A DNA stretch of 64,000 bases from Escherichia coli (GTDB lineage: Bacteria > Pseudomonadota > Gammaproteobacteria > Enterobacterales > Enterobacteriaceae): assembly GCF_050920415.1 (NCBI RefSeq), contig NZ_CP169309.1, one strand, 5' to 3'. Each line of letters starts with the position of its first letter. Position 1 is the first letter of the stretch. This document shows, piece after piece, positions 38,491 to 50,686 of this stretch. The position numbers and the translations under genes were made by a program. The notes beneath the pieces are model-generated. The model was given only the letters and a program-made list of their open reading frames with translations. It ran no database searches and was not told the origin of the DNA.

Positions 38491-38520
38491 AGAAAAAGGC
38501 AGCCTGTGGTTGCCTTTTGC
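38491..38520. terminator. Terminator-like hairpin with flanking A/T tracts in the yceD-yceF divergent region
   Basis: aaggcagcc-tgt-ggttgcctt with one G-U pair; A-run before and T-run after. Confidence 0.3.
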
Positions 38521-38650
38521 CAATAATTCGCACACATTGCGGGTTACTGCTTTATTTTCGTTCAGTGCTGATAACGAACATCAACCTGCAAAACGAAGCG
38601 CATAGTTTAAAATGGCTATCATCAATACGCTATATCTGATGGAAAAAAAT

Positions 38651-39235
38651 ATGCCTAAACTTATTTTAGCCTCCACCTCGCCCTGGCGCCGCGCGCTACT
38701 GGAAAAACTGCAAATCTCTTTTGAATGTGCAGCACCAGAGGTCGACGAAACCCCACGCAGTGACGAATCACCGCGACAGTTGGTGCTTCGACTGGCGCAG
38801 GAAAAAGCGCAATCTCTGGCGTCACGTTATCCGGATCATTTAATTATTGGTTCAGACCAGGTATGTGTTCTTGATGGCGAAATCACCGGTAAACCGTTAA
38901 CGGAAGAAAATGCCCGTCTGCAATTACGCAAAGCCAGCGGCAATATCGTCACCTTCTATACTGGACTGGCGTTGTTTAATTCGGCGAATGGGCATCTGCA
39001 AACAGAAGTGGAGCCTTTTGACGTCCATTTCCGTCACCTGAGCGAGGCGGAGATTGATAATTACGTGCGTAAGGAGCATCCCCTGCACTGCGCGGGTAGC
39101 TTTAAGAGTGAAGGATTTGGCATTACGCTGTTTGAGCGTTTAGAAGGGCGTGACCCTAACACGCTGGTTGGTTTACCGCTAATCGCGCTGTGTCAGATGT
39201 TACGTCGGGAAGGGAAAAATCCGCTAATGGGATAG
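38651..39235 (+). CDS. yceF: Maf-family nucleoside triphosphate pyrophosphatase YceF
   Basis: 194 aa from ATG at 38651 ([14 protein letters not shown]). Confidence 0.93.
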
Positions 39236-39243
39236 TTTTTTGC

Positions 39244-39318
39244 GCCGGATGCGGTTATGTCGCATCCGGCAATCGGTGCTGGCTGCCTGATGCGGCGTAA
39301 ACGCCTTATCAGGCCTAC
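39244..39318. repeat. REP elements (two copies) between yceF and rluC
   Basis: GCCGGATGCGGTTATGTCGCATCCGGC and GCCTGATGCGGCGTAAACGCCTTATCAGGC. Confidence 0.7.
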
Positions 39319-39346
39319 CGCCCATTATCAGGCTTATATGCACGTA

Positions 39347-40306
39347 TTAGCGCGCGTTACGCAGTTTCTGCAAACAACGCTTCAACCCCTCATCCATCGG
39401 TGCTTCGATACGCATCACCTCCCCGGTCCCCGGATGGGTAAATTTCAACGCGGCGGCGTGCAGGAACAGACGATTTAATCCCGTGCCAGCTTCAGTGAGC
39501 TGTCTGTCAAATTCACGGTCACCGTAGCGATCGTCAAAGGCAATCGGATGACCCGCATACTGTGTATGCACACGGATCTGATGAGTACGCCCTGTTACCG
39601 GGCTACAACGCACCAGGGTGGCAAAAGCATAGCGTTCTTCCACTTTAAAGCGTGTTTCCGACGGTTTGCCTTCCTGACTCACACGCACGATACGTTCGCC
39701 GCTTTGCAGAATATTTTTCAGCAACGGCGCTTGAACGCTCTTCACATGCGACTGCCACTGACCGCGCACCAGCGCCAGGTAATCTTTTTGCATCCCTTTT
39801 TCACGTAATTGCTCATGCAGAGAACGCAACGCCGAGCGTTTTTTCGCTACCAGCAACACACCTGAAGTGTCCCGGTCGAGACGATGTACCAGTTCAAGGA
39901 ACCGCGCTTCCGGGCGCAACGCCCGTAAACCTTCGATAACGCCGAAGCTTAAACCACTGCCGCCATGTACTGCCGTACCGGAAGGTTTATTCAGCACCAG
40001 GATATGCTCATCTTCATATAAGATGACGTCCGCCAGCGCCGCCACCTTTTGCAGATGTGGCGAAACCGCCTCCTCTTCACGTTCAGCAACGCGAACCGGT
40101 GGAATACGCACCTCATCACCTGCTTCGAGTTTATATTCAGGCTTAATGCGTTTTTTGTTCACCCGCACTTCGCCTTTACGCAAAATACGGTAAATCATAC
40201 TTTTAGGTACGCCTTTCAATTGGGTACGCAAAAAGTTGTCAATACGTTGCCCCGCTTCGTCCGCGGTGATAGCAACAATTTTTACGGATGGAGTCTCTGT
40301 TTTCAT
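39347..40306 (-). CDS. rluC: 23S rRNA pseudouridine synthase RluC
   Basis: 319 aa; S4 domain plus RluA-family catalytic motif (HRLDRDTSG). Confidence 0.95.
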   Translation of the reverse strand: MKTETPSVKIVAITADEAGQRIDNFLRTQLKGVPKSMIYRILRKGEVRVNKKRIKPEYKLEAGDEVRIPPVRVAEREEEAVSPHLQKVAALADVILYEDEHILVLNKPSGTAVHGGSGLSFGVIEGLRALRPEARFLELVHRLDRDTSGVLLVAKKRSALRSLHEQLREKGMQKDYLALVRGQWQSHVKSVQAPLLKNILQSGERIVRVSQEGKPSETRFKVEERYAFATLVRCSPVTGRTHQIRVHTQYAGHPIAFDDRYGDREFDRQLTEAGTGLNRLFLHAAALKFTHPGTGEVMRIEAPMDEGLKRCLQKLRNAR

Positions 40307-40517
40307 GGTGGGCGATTCTAATTAGCCAACAGGATTCGCGCCACTCATTTTTCTATGCTTATATTTAGTTTTGCACCTTATTACTTCACTACGTCATCAC
40401 TTTATTGATGGTTATTAAACCAATCACCATTAAGAAGTGAAAAAACTGTGAGTAAGCGGGTGATAAATGGTAAAAGTCATCTTGCTATAACAAGGCTTGC
40501 AGTGGAATAATGAGAAC

Positions 40518-40878
40518 GTTTCCGTGTCCATCCTTGTTAAAACAAGAAATTTTACGGAATAACCCATTTTGCCCGACCGATCATCCACGCAGCAATGGCG
40601 TAAGACGTATTGATCTTTCAGGCAGTTAGCGGGCTGCGGGTTGCAGTCCTTACCGGTAGATGGAAATATTTCTGGAGAGTAATACCCAGTCTGTTTCTTT
40701 GATAATTGCGCTGTTTTTCCGCATGAAAAACGGGCAACCGACACTCTGCGCCTCTTTGAGCTGACGATAACCGTGAGGTTGGCGACGCGACTAGACACGA
40801 GGCCATCGGTTCACACCCGGAAAGGCGTTACTTTGCCCGCAGCTTAGTCGTCAATGTAAGAATAATGAGTAAGTTACG
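40518..40878 (+). promoter_or_regulatory. rne long structured 5' leader (autoregulatory), approximate extent
   Basis: About 570-bp non-coding gap before rne; leader length of about 361 nt is from established knowledge, exact 5' end not determined here. Confidence 0.5.
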
Positions 40879-43800
40879 ATGAAAAGAATGTTAATCAACG
40901 CAACTCAGCAGGAAGAGTTGCGCGTTGCCCTTGTAGATGGGCAGCGTCTGTATGACCTGGATATCGAAAGTCCAGGGCACGAACAGAAAAAGGCAAACAT
41001 CTACAAAGGTAAAATCACCCGCATTGAACCGAGTCTGGAAGCTGCTTTTGTTGATTACGGCGCTGAACGTCACGGTTTCCTCCCACTTAAAGAAATTGCC
41101 CGCGAATATTTCCCTGCTAACTACAGTGCTCATGGCCGTCCCAACATTAAAGATGTGTTGCGTGAAGGTCAGGAAGTTATTGTTCAGATTGATAAAGAAG
41201 AGCGCGGTAACAAAGGCGCAGCACTGACCACCTTTATCAGCCTGGCAGGTAGCTATCTGGTTCTGATGCCAAACAACCCGCGCGCGGGTGGTATTTCTCG
41301 CCGTATTGAAGGCGACGACCGTACCGAATTAAAAGAAGCACTGGCAAGCCTTGAACTGCCGGAAGGCATGGGGCTTATCGTGCGCACCGCTGGCGTCGGC
41401 AAATCTGCAGAGGCGCTGCAATGGGATTTAAGCTTCCGCCTGAAACACTGGGAAGCTATTAAAAAAGCCGCTGAAAGCCGCCCTGCCCCGTTCCTGATCC
41501 ATCAGGAGAGCAACGTAATCGTTCGCGCATTCCGCGATTACTTACGTCAGGACATCGGCGAAATCCTTATCGATAACCCAAAAGTGCTCGAACTGGCGCG
41601 TCAGCATATCGCTGCATTAGGTCGCCCGGATTTCAGCAGCAAAATCAAGCTGTACACTGGTGAAATTCCGCTGTTCAGCCACTACCAGATCGAGTCGCAG
41701 ATCGAATCCGCCTTCCAGCGTGAAGTCCGTCTGCCGTCTGGTGGTTCTATTGTTATCGACAGCACTGAAGCGTTAACTGCCATCGATATCAACTCCGCAC
41801 GCGCGACCCGCGGCGGCGATATCGAAGAAACCGCGTTTAACACCAACCTCGAAGCTGCCGATGAGATTGCTCGTCAGCTGCGCCTGCGTGACCTCGGCGG
41901 CCTGATTGTTATCGACTTCATTGACATGACGCCAGTCCGCCACCAGCGTGCGGTAGAAAACCGTCTGCGTGAAGCGGTGCGTCAGGACCGTGCACGTATT
42001 CAAATCAGCCATATTTCTCGCTTTGGTCTGCTGGAAATGTCCCGTCAGCGGCTGAGTCCATCGCTGGGTGAATCCAGCCATCACGTCTGCCCGCGCTGCT
42101 CCGGTACCGGCACCGTGCGTGACAACGAATCCCTGTCGCTCTCTATTCTGCGTCTGATTGAAGAAGAAGCGCTGAAAGAGAACACCCAGGAAGTCCATGC
42201 CATTGTTCCTGTGCCAATCGCTTCTTACCTGCTGAACGAAAAACGCTCTGCGGTAAATGCCATTGAAACTCGTCAGGACGGCGTGCGCTGTGTGATTGTG
42301 CCAAACGATCAGATGGAAACCCCGCACTACCATGTGCTGCGCGTACGCAAAGGGGAAGAAACCCCAACCTTAAGCTACATGCTGCCGAAACTGCATGAAG
42401 AAGCGATGGCGCTGCCGTCTGAAGAAGAGTTCGCTGAACGTAAGCGTCCGGAACAACCTGCGCTGGCAACGTTTGCCATGCCGGATGTGCCGCCAGCGCC
42501 AACGCCAGCTGAACCTGCCGCGCCTGTCGCAGCCCCAGCACCTAAAGCTGCATCAACAACACCAGCAGCTCCTGCACAACCAGGGCTGTTAAGCCGCTTC
42601 TTCGGCGCACTGAAAGCGCTGTTCAGCGGTGGTGAAGAAACCAAACCGACCGAGCAACCGGCACCGAAAACTGAAACGAAACCGGAACGTCAACAGGACC
42701 GCCGTAAGCCACGTCAGAACAACCGTCGTGACCGAAATGAACGCCGCGACACACGTAGCGAACGTAATGAAGGCAGCGATAATCGCGAAGAAAACCGCCG
42801 TAATCGTCGCCAGGCACAGCAGCAGACTGCCGAGACGCGTGAGAGCCGTCAGCAGGCTGAGGTAACGGAAAAAGCGCGTACCACCGACGAGCAGCAAGCG
42901 CCGCGTCGTGAACGTAGCCGCCGCCGTAATGATGATAAACGTCAGGCGCAACAAGAAGCGAAAGCGCTAAATGTTGAAGAGCAATCTGTTCAGGAAACCG
43001 AACAGGAAGAACGTGTACGTCCGGTTCAGCCGCGTCGTAAACAGCGCCAGCTGAATCAGAAAGTGCGTTACGAGCAAAGCGTAGCCGAAGAAACGGTAGC
43101 CGCACCAGTGGTTGAAGAAACTGCCGCTGCCGAAACCATCGTTCAGGAAGTGCCTGCTCCGCGTACAGAACTGGCGAAAGTCCCGCTGCCAGTCGTAGCG
43201 CAAACTGCGCCGGAACAGCAGGAAGAGAACAATGCTGATAACCGTGATAACGGTGGCATGCCGCGTCGCTCTCGCCGCTCGCCTCGTCACCTGCGCGTAA
43301 GTGGTCAGCGTCGTCGTCGCTATCGTGACGAGCGTTACCCGACCCAGTCGCCAATGCCGTTAACCGTAGCGTGCGCGTCTCCGGAACTGGCCTCTGGCAA
43401 AGTCTGGATCCGCTATCCGATTGTACGTCCGCAAGATGTACAGGTTGAAGAGCAGCGCGAACAGGAAGAAGTACAAGTGCAACCGATGGTGACTGAGGTC
43501 CCTGTCGCCGCCGCTGTCGAACCGGTTGTTAGCGCACCGATTGTTGAAGAAGTGGCTGAAGTCGTAGAAGCCCCCGTTCAGGTTACCGAACCGCAACCGG
43601 AAGTGGTTGAAACGACGCATCCTGAAGTGATTGCCGCCGCGGTAACTGAACAGCCGCAGGTGATTACCGAGTCTGATGTTGCCGTAGCCCAGGAAGTTGC
43701 AGAACACGCAGAACCGGTGGTTGAACCGCAGGAAGAGACGGCTGATATTGAAGAAGTTGCCGAAACTGCTGAGGTTGTGGTTGCTGAGCCTGAAGTTGTT

Positions 43801-44064
43801 GCTCAACCTGCCGCGCCAGTCGTCGCTGAAGTCGCAGCAGAAGTTGAAACGGTAGCTGCGGTTGAACCTGAGGTCACCGTTGAGCATAACCACGCTACCG
43901 CGCCAATGACGCGCGCTCCGGCACCGGAATATGTTCCGGAGGCACCGCGTCACAGTGACTGGCAGCGCCCTACTTTTGCCTTCGAAGGTAAAGGTGCTGC
44001 AGGTGGTCATACGGCAACGCATCATGCATCTGCCGCGCCTGCGCGTCCGCAACCTGTTGAGTAA
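40879..44064 (+). CDS. rne: Ribonuclease E
   Basis: 1061 aa; N-terminal S1/catalytic domain, Arg-rich and acidic low-complexity C-terminal scaffold. Confidence 0.98.
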   Translation: MKRMLINATQQEELRVALVDGQRLYDLDIESPGHEQKKANIYKGKITRIEPSLEAAFVDYGAERHGFLPLKEIAREYFPANYSAHGRPNIKDVLREGQEVIVQIDKEERGNKGAALTTFISLAGSYLVLMPNNPRAGGISRRIEGDDRTELKEALASLELPEGMGLIVRTAGVGKSAEALQWDLSFRLKHWEAIKKAAESRPAPFLIHQESNVIVRAFRDYLRQDIGEILIDNPKVLELARQHIAALGRPDFSSKIKLYTGEIPLFSHYQIESQIESAFQREVRLPSGGSIVIDSTEALTAIDINSARATRGGDIEETAFNTNLEAADEIARQLRLRDLGGLIVIDFIDMTPVRHQRAVENRLREAVRQDRARIQISHISRFGLLEMSRQRLSPSLGESSHHVCPRCSGTGTVRDNESLSLSILRLIEEEALKENTQEVHAIVPVPIASYLLNEKRSAVNAIETRQDGVRCVIVPNDQMETPHYHVLRVRKGEETPTLSYMLPKLHEEAMALPSEEEFAERKRPEQPALATFAMPDVPPAPTPAEPAAPVAAPAPKAASTTPAAPAQPGLLSRFFGALKALFSGGEETKPTEQPAPKTETKPERQQDRRKPRQNNRRDRNERRDTRSERNEGSDNREENRRNRRQAQQQTAETRESRQQAEVTEKARTTDEQQAPRRERSRRRNDDKRQAQQEAKALNVEEQSVQETEQEERVRPVQPRRKQRQLNQKVRYEQSVAEETVAAPVVEETAAAETIVQEVPAPRTELAKVPLPVVAQTAPEQQEENNADNRDNGGMPRRSRRSPRHLRVSGQRRRRYRDERYPTQSPMPLTVACASPELASGKVWIRYPIVRPQDVQVEEQREQEEVQVQPMVTEVPVAAAVEPVVSAPIVEEVAEVVEAPVQVTEPQPEVVETTHPEVIAAAVTEQPQVITESDVAVAQEVAEHAEPVVEPQEETADIEEVAETAEVVVAEPEVVAQPAAPVVAEVAAEVETVAAVEPEVTVEHNHATAPMTRAPAPEYVPEAPRHSDWQRPTFAFEGKGAAGGHTATHHASAAPARPQPVE

Positions 44065-44084
44065 TAATTAGCTCAAGTAATCAA

Positions 44085-44112
44085 GCCCTGGTAACTGCCA
44101 GGGCTTTTTTAT
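44085..44112 (+). terminator. Intrinsic terminator after rne
   Basis: gccctgg-taactg-ccagggc followed by a T6 run. Confidence 0.8.
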
Positions 44113-44181
44113 TTCATCTTTAAATCAACATATTAAAATTCATCGAATGGCATCCTTGCTAACCAACAATACAAAATAGGC

Positions 44182-44258
44182 AAAAAAATGCCCGCCCCGG
44201 CGATCCCAGAGCGGGCAGACAAAACATACCCAGTTTCATGATATGTTTTAAAGCGAGC
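44182..44258 (-). ncRNA. flgO: flgL 3' UTR with terminator; region of the 3'UTR-derived sRNA FlgO
   Basis: About 77-nt 3' UTR ending in tgcccgc...gcgggca hairpin plus U-run; sRNA identity is by position and recalled literature, ends not defined. Confidence 0.3.
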
Positions 44259-45212
44259 TTATTTGTTGAGCTGGAAGAGCGACAATCCCTGCATATCGGT
44301 AAATGCTTTATACGATGCCTGCAATGCCGTTTGCTGCATGATGTAAGATGAAATAGTTGCATTCCAGTCCACATCAACCAGATCGCTCATCTGCTGCGTT
44401 TGCCCTAAAGCGCGATCGCTACCTAATGAATCCAGCGACTCCAGTTCGTTCAGCTGCGTGCCTAATTCCGCGCGAACGGTCAGCACATTGTTCAGCGAGT
44501 TTTTCAGTCCGCGGTTGGTTTTATCCAGTGCCGCAGCGGTGGTTTCTTTATCCGCTTCGCTTTCCGCGACCGGCGTTTTCAGGGCTGCGATGGCGCTATC
44601 CAGCATGGCAAAAAGATTGGTTTCAGAAGCGCTACCGTCTGGTTCCGCTACCGCGTTGCTGGTAATACTGTCGAAAATTTTGTCACCCGTGTGCCCTATC
44701 ACCATCGAACGCGAAGCATCGACCTGTTGTTTAATACTTTCTGCTCCGCCAACATATTCGCCGTCTGCCTCACTAAACGGCGCAGTTTCTGTTTTATAAC
44801 CGGCAAAAATGTAGCGCCCGTTACCATCCGTAGTGTTCGCCAGATTCAGCAACTGGTCACGAATACCCTGGATATCGGTTGCCAACGACGCCCGGTCATC
44901 ATCACTCAAGGTGCCATTGCTGGCGTAGACAATTTTTTCCTGAGCATTCTGGATAGCAGTGGTGACCTGGCTAAGCACACTCTCTTCCAGTGACACTTTT
45001 TGAGTGGCGAAAGTACGCGCCAGCGTGTACTGACTGTTTTGCGCCTGTGCCTGGGAGAGAACAACAGCTTGTGATGCAGCAATGGGATCATCTGAAGGGT
45101 TAACGACTCGCTTACCCGTCGACATCTGTTCGCCGTACTTCATCCATTCGGCCTGAGAATTGGTGATGCCACGCATGTTTTGCTGGTACATCATCTGGGT
45201 ACTGAAACGCAT
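44259..45212 (-). CDS. flgL: Flagellar hook-filament junction protein FlgL
   Basis: 317 aa. Confidence 0.96.
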   Translation of the reverse strand: MRFSTQMMYQQNMRGITNSQAEWMKYGEQMSTGKRVVNPSDDPIAASQAVVLSQAQAQNSQYTLARTFATQKVSLEESVLSQVTTAIQNAQEKIVYASNGTLSDDDRASLATDIQGIRDQLLNLANTTDGNGRYIFAGYKTETAPFSEADGEYVGGAESIKQQVDASRSMVIGHTGDKIFDSITSNAVAEPDGSASETNLFAMLDSAIAALKTPVAESEADKETTAAALDKTNRGLKNSLNNVLTVRAELGTQLNELESLDSLGSDRALGQTQQMSDLVDVDWNATISSYIMQQTALQASYKAFTDMQGLSLFQLNK

Positions 45213-45223
45213 TTTATCTCCCC

Positions 45224-46867
45224 TTAACGAATGTTAATCAGCGCATCAAAAATCGCGTTTGCCGTCTGCAGAACCTGTGCATTCGCCAGATAATACTGCT
45301 GAAAACGTTGCAGATTTCCGTACTCCTCATCGAGATTGACACCGGAAATCGACTGCTGCTGATTGGAAAGCTGCGTTACCACATTACCTTGCGTGGTGCT
45401 ACTGGTTTTCAACGTCGCGGTTTTATTACCGATATCACTCACTAACGATGCATAAGCGTCGTTAAAGGATTTCGCACCGCCCACCGTTTTACTGTTGCTT
45501 TGCAGATCCAGCAGGGCCTGACCGTTGCGGTTGTCGCTATCACCCGCATCTTCTTCGCTCGCCATGGCGATTTTCGCTTCGTCAGTGATTAATACATCCA
45601 TGTTGACGATGGCGTCACTTACCGGTTTCAGCGTGAAGCTGTCGTTAACGGCAGGCGTTCCTGTAAACGTCAACTCCAGACCATCAAATGCCACTTTACC
45701 GTTGGCATCCGGCGTCACCGTAAAAGTGGTATTGCTGGCAAGGCGGGTGACCTGCCACTGATTATTATCGAACGAGATTTTGTAATCTGTCGCCAGTACC
45801 GCGGAGGCATCAGTTACCGTGGCACCGATCGCAACGTCACCGTTGTTTTTAGTGTTTTGCAGAACCGCGGGCTTACCGATAGCAAAGAAATCTTCACCGG
45901 CATCGCCGTTAGCATCAAATCCGGCTTTGTGTTGGGTGTTGAAAGCCTCGGCAAATGCCAGCGCCAGTTGTCCGAGCGTATTACGCGTCTGGTCCAGATC
46001 CTGAGAACGGAATGTCAGAATGCCGCCCAGTGACCCGGTATTCAGCAATTTCTCCGGGATCTCAAGATTGCCCGCAGTCCCATCAACATAAGCGACAGTC
46101 GTACGAGAAGGGTCGGCGCTGGAAGGAACTGCCGCTAGCTGCCGCGCCGTACTACCCTGAACCAGTGAGTAACCATTGGCCATCGTGATGTTATAAGTGC
46201 CGCCATCCTGAACGCTGACTTCTACACCAACAATCTGGTTTAATTCGCTCACCAGTTGATCGCGTTGATCCAACAGATTGTTAGGTGACGCCCCTGCTCC
46301 CACGCCTGTCAGACGGGAGATTTGATCGTTCAGGCTGGCGATTTGTTTAGCGTAATTGTTGATCTGATCAACGCTGGCACCTATCGCGATATTGACCTGT
46401 TTGTCCTGGTCGCGCAGATATTGATCGGTGGTTTTAAACTGATTCACCAACCCTTCTGATTTCCCAATCAGCGCCTGGCGTGCTGCCGGGTCTTCCGCGT
46501 TACTTACCAGCGTTTGCAGGCTTGTGAAGAAATCCTGCATCTGTGTTGCCAGCGAAGAGGTACTGGTGGAGAGCATATTGTCGATTTTCGACATCTGCTC
46601 ATAGCGGGCAGTCAGGCCGCTACTTTGCGTCTGCGCAGCACGTAACTGGTTGGTAATAAACGCATCATACTCACGCTGCACACCAGAAACGTAGACGCCA
46701 TTGCCAACCCAGCCGCCAGCGCCCAACGTGCTATTGGCCTGCGCCATAATAGTGGTTTGGCGGGTATATCCGGCAACGTTATAGCTGGAGATATTATTAC
46801 TTGCCGTATTTAACGCCGCCTGGGCCGCGTTCAGTCCGCTCATGGCGTTATTGATCAAGCTGGACAT
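45224..46867 (-). CDS. flgK: Flagellar hook-associated protein 1 FlgK
   Basis: 547 aa. Confidence 0.96.
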   Translation of the reverse strand: MSSLINNAMSGLNAAQAALNTASNNISSYNVAGYTRQTTIMAQANSTLGAGGWVGNGVYVSGVQREYDAFITNQLRAAQTQSSGLTARYEQMSKIDNMLSTSTSSLATQMQDFFTSLQTLVSNAEDPAARQALIGKSEGLVNQFKTTDQYLRDQDKQVNIAIGASVDQINNYAKQIASLNDQISRLTGVGAGASPNNLLDQRDQLVSELNQIVGVEVSVQDGGTYNITMANGYSLVQGSTARQLAAVPSSADPSRTTVAYVDGTAGNLEIPEKLLNTGSLGGILTFRSQDLDQTRNTLGQLALAFAEAFNTQHKAGFDANGDAGEDFFAIGKPAVLQNTKNNGDVAIGATVTDASAVLATDYKISFDNNQWQVTRLASNTTFTVTPDANGKVAFDGLELTFTGTPAVNDSFTLKPVSDAIVNMDVLITDEAKIAMASEEDAGDSDNRNGQALLDLQSNSKTVGGAKSFNDAYASLVSDIGNKTATLKTSSTTQGNVVTQLSNQQQSISGVNLDEEYGNLQRFQQYYLANAQVLQTANAIFDALINIR

Positions 46868-46900
46868 GGAGGTTCCTTATAAGCCTTCAATTACAGAGTA

Positions 46901-46927
46901 TTATCGGCAGCGACCCGCCGGACTTGA
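46901..46927 (-). promoter_or_regulatory. Putative sigma28 (class 3) promoter for flgKL
   Basis: Minus strand TCAAGTCC-N11-GCCGATAA; the -10 element is a perfect match, the -35 matches 5 of 8. Confidence 0.4.
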
Positions 46928-46932
46928 GTTAT

Positions 46933-47874
46933 TCAGAACAGATTATCAATGTTCATGCTGTAGGTTTTGCTCACCTTGTCGCTTATCGATTTCATCTGCT
47001 GAATCATGCTGGTGAGTTTGCGGGCATAGTGAGGATCGGTGGCATAGCCCGCGTCCTGTAGGGCCTGCGCCCCCTGCTCAGCACTCGCGGCGGTCGTCAC
47101 GGCGGCGTAGCGCGGGTTACGCGTTAACAGCCCAACGTAATCCGACAATGCTTCCAGATACGAGCTGTAGACCCGAAACTTCGCTTTTACTTTCTTCGCT
47201 TCGCCATTTTCATATTCAGTCGTGGTGATTTCAGTGACTGGCCCTTTCCAGTTGCCAGAGGCTTTGACGCCAAACAGGTTATAGCTCGGCTCGCCGTTTT
47301 CACGGCGGATTTGCCGTTGTCCCCAGCCAGATTCCAGCGCCGCCTGAGCGAGGATCAAATGATGTGGCACACCGCTTTGCTGGCTTGCCAGTTGGGCGGG
47401 CAACGAGAGTTGCGCGAGGAATGCTTTACTGTCACCCGGCAGCGAATCATCGTAGTTACGTGGTACGGCCTTTTGCACCAGCTGCGAAAGCGTCTGATTT
47501 TGATAACGCACCACGGTTTCGAGCGGGAATTTCATCGGTGCTGCTGGCGTGGACTCATCTGGCAACGGTTGTTCTGGCGTCATCTGTTTAACAATCATCT
47601 CTGCCAGCCCCAGGCCTTTGCCCGCCGTCATCTGTTGGGCAATCTGCTGGTCATACATACTGGTGTAGAGGCGAGTGTGCTCGCTGCTGAACAGGCCATC
47701 TTTTGGCAAAGCGTCGCGCATGCTTTTCAGCATCATCTGCACGAACATCCCTTCCACCTGGCGGGCCACCGGACGGATATTTGCCGCCGGATCTTCGCCC
47801 GCTTTCGCCTTAAGTTCGTTGAGCGATTGTGCATCCCAGGCCGCACTTGCCAGTAGTTTGCTGTCGCTGATCAT
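46933..47874 (-). CDS. flgJ: Flagellar rod assembly protein / peptidoglycan hydrolase FlgJ
   Basis: 313 aa from ATG at 47874 ([14 protein letters not shown]), in TGATG overlap with the flgI stop. Confidence 0.94.
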   Translation of the reverse strand: MISDSKLLASAAWDAQSLNELKAKAGEDPAANIRPVARQVEGMFVQMMLKSMRDALPKDGLFSSEHTRLYTSMYDQQIAQQMTAGKGLGLAEMIVKQMTPEQPLPDESTPAAPMKFPLETVVRYQNQTLSQLVQKAVPRNYDDSLPGDSKAFLAQLSLPAQLASQQSGVPHHLILAQAALESGWGQRQIRRENGEPSYNLFGVKASGNWKGPVTEITTTEYENGEAKKVKAKFRVYSSYLEALSDYVGLLTRNPRYAAVTTAASAEQGAQALQDAGYATDPHYARKLTSMIQQMKSISDKVSKTYSMNIDNLF

Positions 47875-48971
47875 CAGATGATTTCCAGTTTTGCCCGCAG
47901 ACATCCCGCACTTTGCATTGATTGCAAAATAGACATCAGATCCATCGGCGTAGCACCCAGCGCATTGAGCGCGCGCACCACGTTATTGAGGCTGGCACTG
48001 GAGCGTACGCTTTGCAGCGAACCGCCGCTCTGGCGTAAGTCGATCTGTGTTTGTGGAGTAACCACAGTCTGCCCGCCACCAAACGGTGTATCTGGCTGGC
48101 TGACATTGGCCTGCCGATTTACCGTAACCGAGAGATTACCCTGCGCTACCGCGCAGCTGTCGAGGGTCACTTCGCGATTCATCACCACCGAACCAGTGCG
48201 CGAGTTAATCACTACTTTAGCGTCCTGCGGGGTAACATTAACCTGCATATTCTGGATATCGGCAAGGAAACGGACCTGGGAACTGTTGCCACTCGGTACG
48301 CGCACCTGAATAGTCCGCGCATCTAACGCGGTGGCGCTGCCATATCCACGCACGCGGTTGATGGTGTCAGCGATTTGCTGCGCCATACTGAAATCTTCGT
48401 CGTTAAGTTGCAAATTAAGGGTATTCCCGACGCCAAACTGGCTGGGCAATTCACGTTCAATAACCGCACCATTGGTGATCCGTCCACCGTTCAGTTGGTT
48501 CACCTGAACACTGCTACCGCCAGCGGAGGCCCCTGCGCCGCCAACCAGAATATTGCCCTGTGCCAGCGCATACACCTGACTGTCAACGCCCTTAAGCGGT
48601 GTCATCAATAACGTACCGCCACGCAGACTTTTGGCATTTCCCATGGAAGAAACCACCACGTCAATGGTTTGCCCCTGACGTCCAAACGGTGGAAGTGACG
48701 CCGTCACCATTACCGCAGCGACGTTTTTTAGCTGCATATTAGTGCCCGTCGGAACGGTAATTCCCAGCTGTGAGAGCATGTTATTAAGCGTTTGTGTGGT
48801 AAACGGCGTCTGAGTTGTCTGGTCACCGGTGCCATCCAGCCCCACCACCAGGCCATAGCCAATCAGTGAGTTTTGCCTTACCCCCTGAACACTGGTGAGA
48901 TCGCGAATACGCTCAGCCTGAGCTGCCGTGATAACCAGTAGAAGAATTAATGCAGAGAGAAATTTAATCAC
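47874..48971 (-). CDS. flgI: Flagellar P-ring protein FlgI
   Basis: 365 aa from the second of two tandem GTG codons (48971); signal peptide. Confidence 0.93.
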   Translation of the reverse strand: MIKFLSALILLLVITAAQAERIRDLTSVQGVRQNSLIGYGLVVGLDGTGDQTTQTPFTTQTLNNMLSQLGITVPTGTNMQLKNVAAVMVTASLPPFGRQGQTIDVVVSSMGNAKSLRGGTLLMTPLKGVDSQVYALAQGNILVGGAGASAGGSSVQVNQLNGGRITNGAVIERELPSQFGVGNTLNLQLNDEDFSMAQQIADTINRVRGYGSATALDARTIQVRVPSGNSSQVRFLADIQNMQVNVTPQDAKVVINSRTGSVVMNREVTLDSCAVAQGNLSVTVNRQANVSQPDTPFGGGQTVVTPQTQIDLRQSGGSLQSVRSSASLNNVVRALNALGATPMDLMSILQSMQSAGCLRAKLEII

Positions 48972-48982
48972 CACAGCCTCAC

Positions 48983-49681
48983 TTACATTGGCGACAGGTT
49001 AAGGAAGAAACGCTGCAACCAGCCCATATTTTGCGCTTCGTTAATGTAGCCATTGCCTACGTATTCAATGCGCGCATCCGCCACCTGAGTAGACGGTACG
49101 GTATTACTGCCGCTGATGGTGCGAGGATTAACTACACCAGAGAAGCGAATAAATTCGGTACCCTGATTAATGGCGATCTGTTTTTCACCCACCACATGCA
49201 GGTTGCCGTTGACCAGTACCTGGTCAACCGTCACCGTCAACGTGCCGCTAAAGGTATTGCTGGCATTGGCCCCGCCTTTTCCGTTGAACGTGTTACCACC
49301 GGAGGCTTCGACATCGGCACGAGCGTTTCCAAACAGCCCCTGCAAATAGCGCGGCACAGTATCAAAGCCAAAATTAGTTTTACCGTCACGGCTGGCATTC
49401 GCAGAGGAGCTTTTGCTGGCGCTGACGTTCTCCTGCAACACGATGGTCAGCGTATCGCCAATATTGCGTGGTCGACGATCTTCAAACAGCGGTTGATAGC
49501 CATAGTTAATCGGCTGAGCAGACTGGAAAATAGAACCGTTGGCGACGGGCGTCGGACCGGGAACCGGTTGTGCACTGGTCGCCCCCTGTACCAGCGGCGT
49601 GGAGGGTATCCAGGCGCAGCCGGTTAGTGAAAGCACCAACAAGCTGGAAATGGCATAAGTATGCGCAGCGTTTTTTTGCAT
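48983..49681 (-). CDS. flgH: Flagellar L-ring lipoprotein FlgH
   Basis: 232 aa from ATG at 49681 ([22 protein letters not shown] lipobox). Confidence 0.94.
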   Translation of the reverse strand: MQKNAAHTYAISSLLVLSLTGCAWIPSTPLVQGATSAQPVPGPTPVANGSIFQSAQPINYGYQPLFEDRRPRNIGDTLTIVLQENVSASKSSSANASRDGKTNFGFDTVPRYLQGLFGNARADVEASGGNTFNGKGGANASNTFSGTLTVTVDQVLVNGNLHVVGEKQIAINQGTEFIRFSGVVNPRTISGSNTVPSTQVADARIEYVGNGYINEAQNMGWLQRFFLNLSPM

Positions 49682-49733
49682 GGCTATCATCTTCAAAAAT
49701 CAGTAAACCGGTGAATCTGCCACCGGTTATGCC

Positions 49734-50534
<801 letters not shown>

Positions 50535-50561
50535 TTATTGACAAAATGCATATGTCTTCAT

Positions 50562-50595
<34 letters not shown>

Positions 50596-50686
50596 AAGGG
50601 ATAGAAAAATCAATAAATTGCGATGTACCCCGTAGACCGATAAGTTTGCACACTGGGCAACTTACATTTGTCATGTATCCGTTCAA

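Noticed and set aside
40430-40806. ORFs antisense to the rne 5' leader (40430..40798 and 40618..40806, minus strand); a hypothetical gene (yceQ) is annotated at roughly this position in K-12
   Set aside because: They overlap the structured rne leader and promoter region, have no convincing translation signals, and are likely annotation artefacts.
41773-44052. Several long antisense ORFs within rne (for example 42623..43354 and 43360..44052, minus strand)
   Set aside because: Artefacts of the low-complexity, GC-rich C-terminal scaffold region of rne; the RNase E frame is the supported one.
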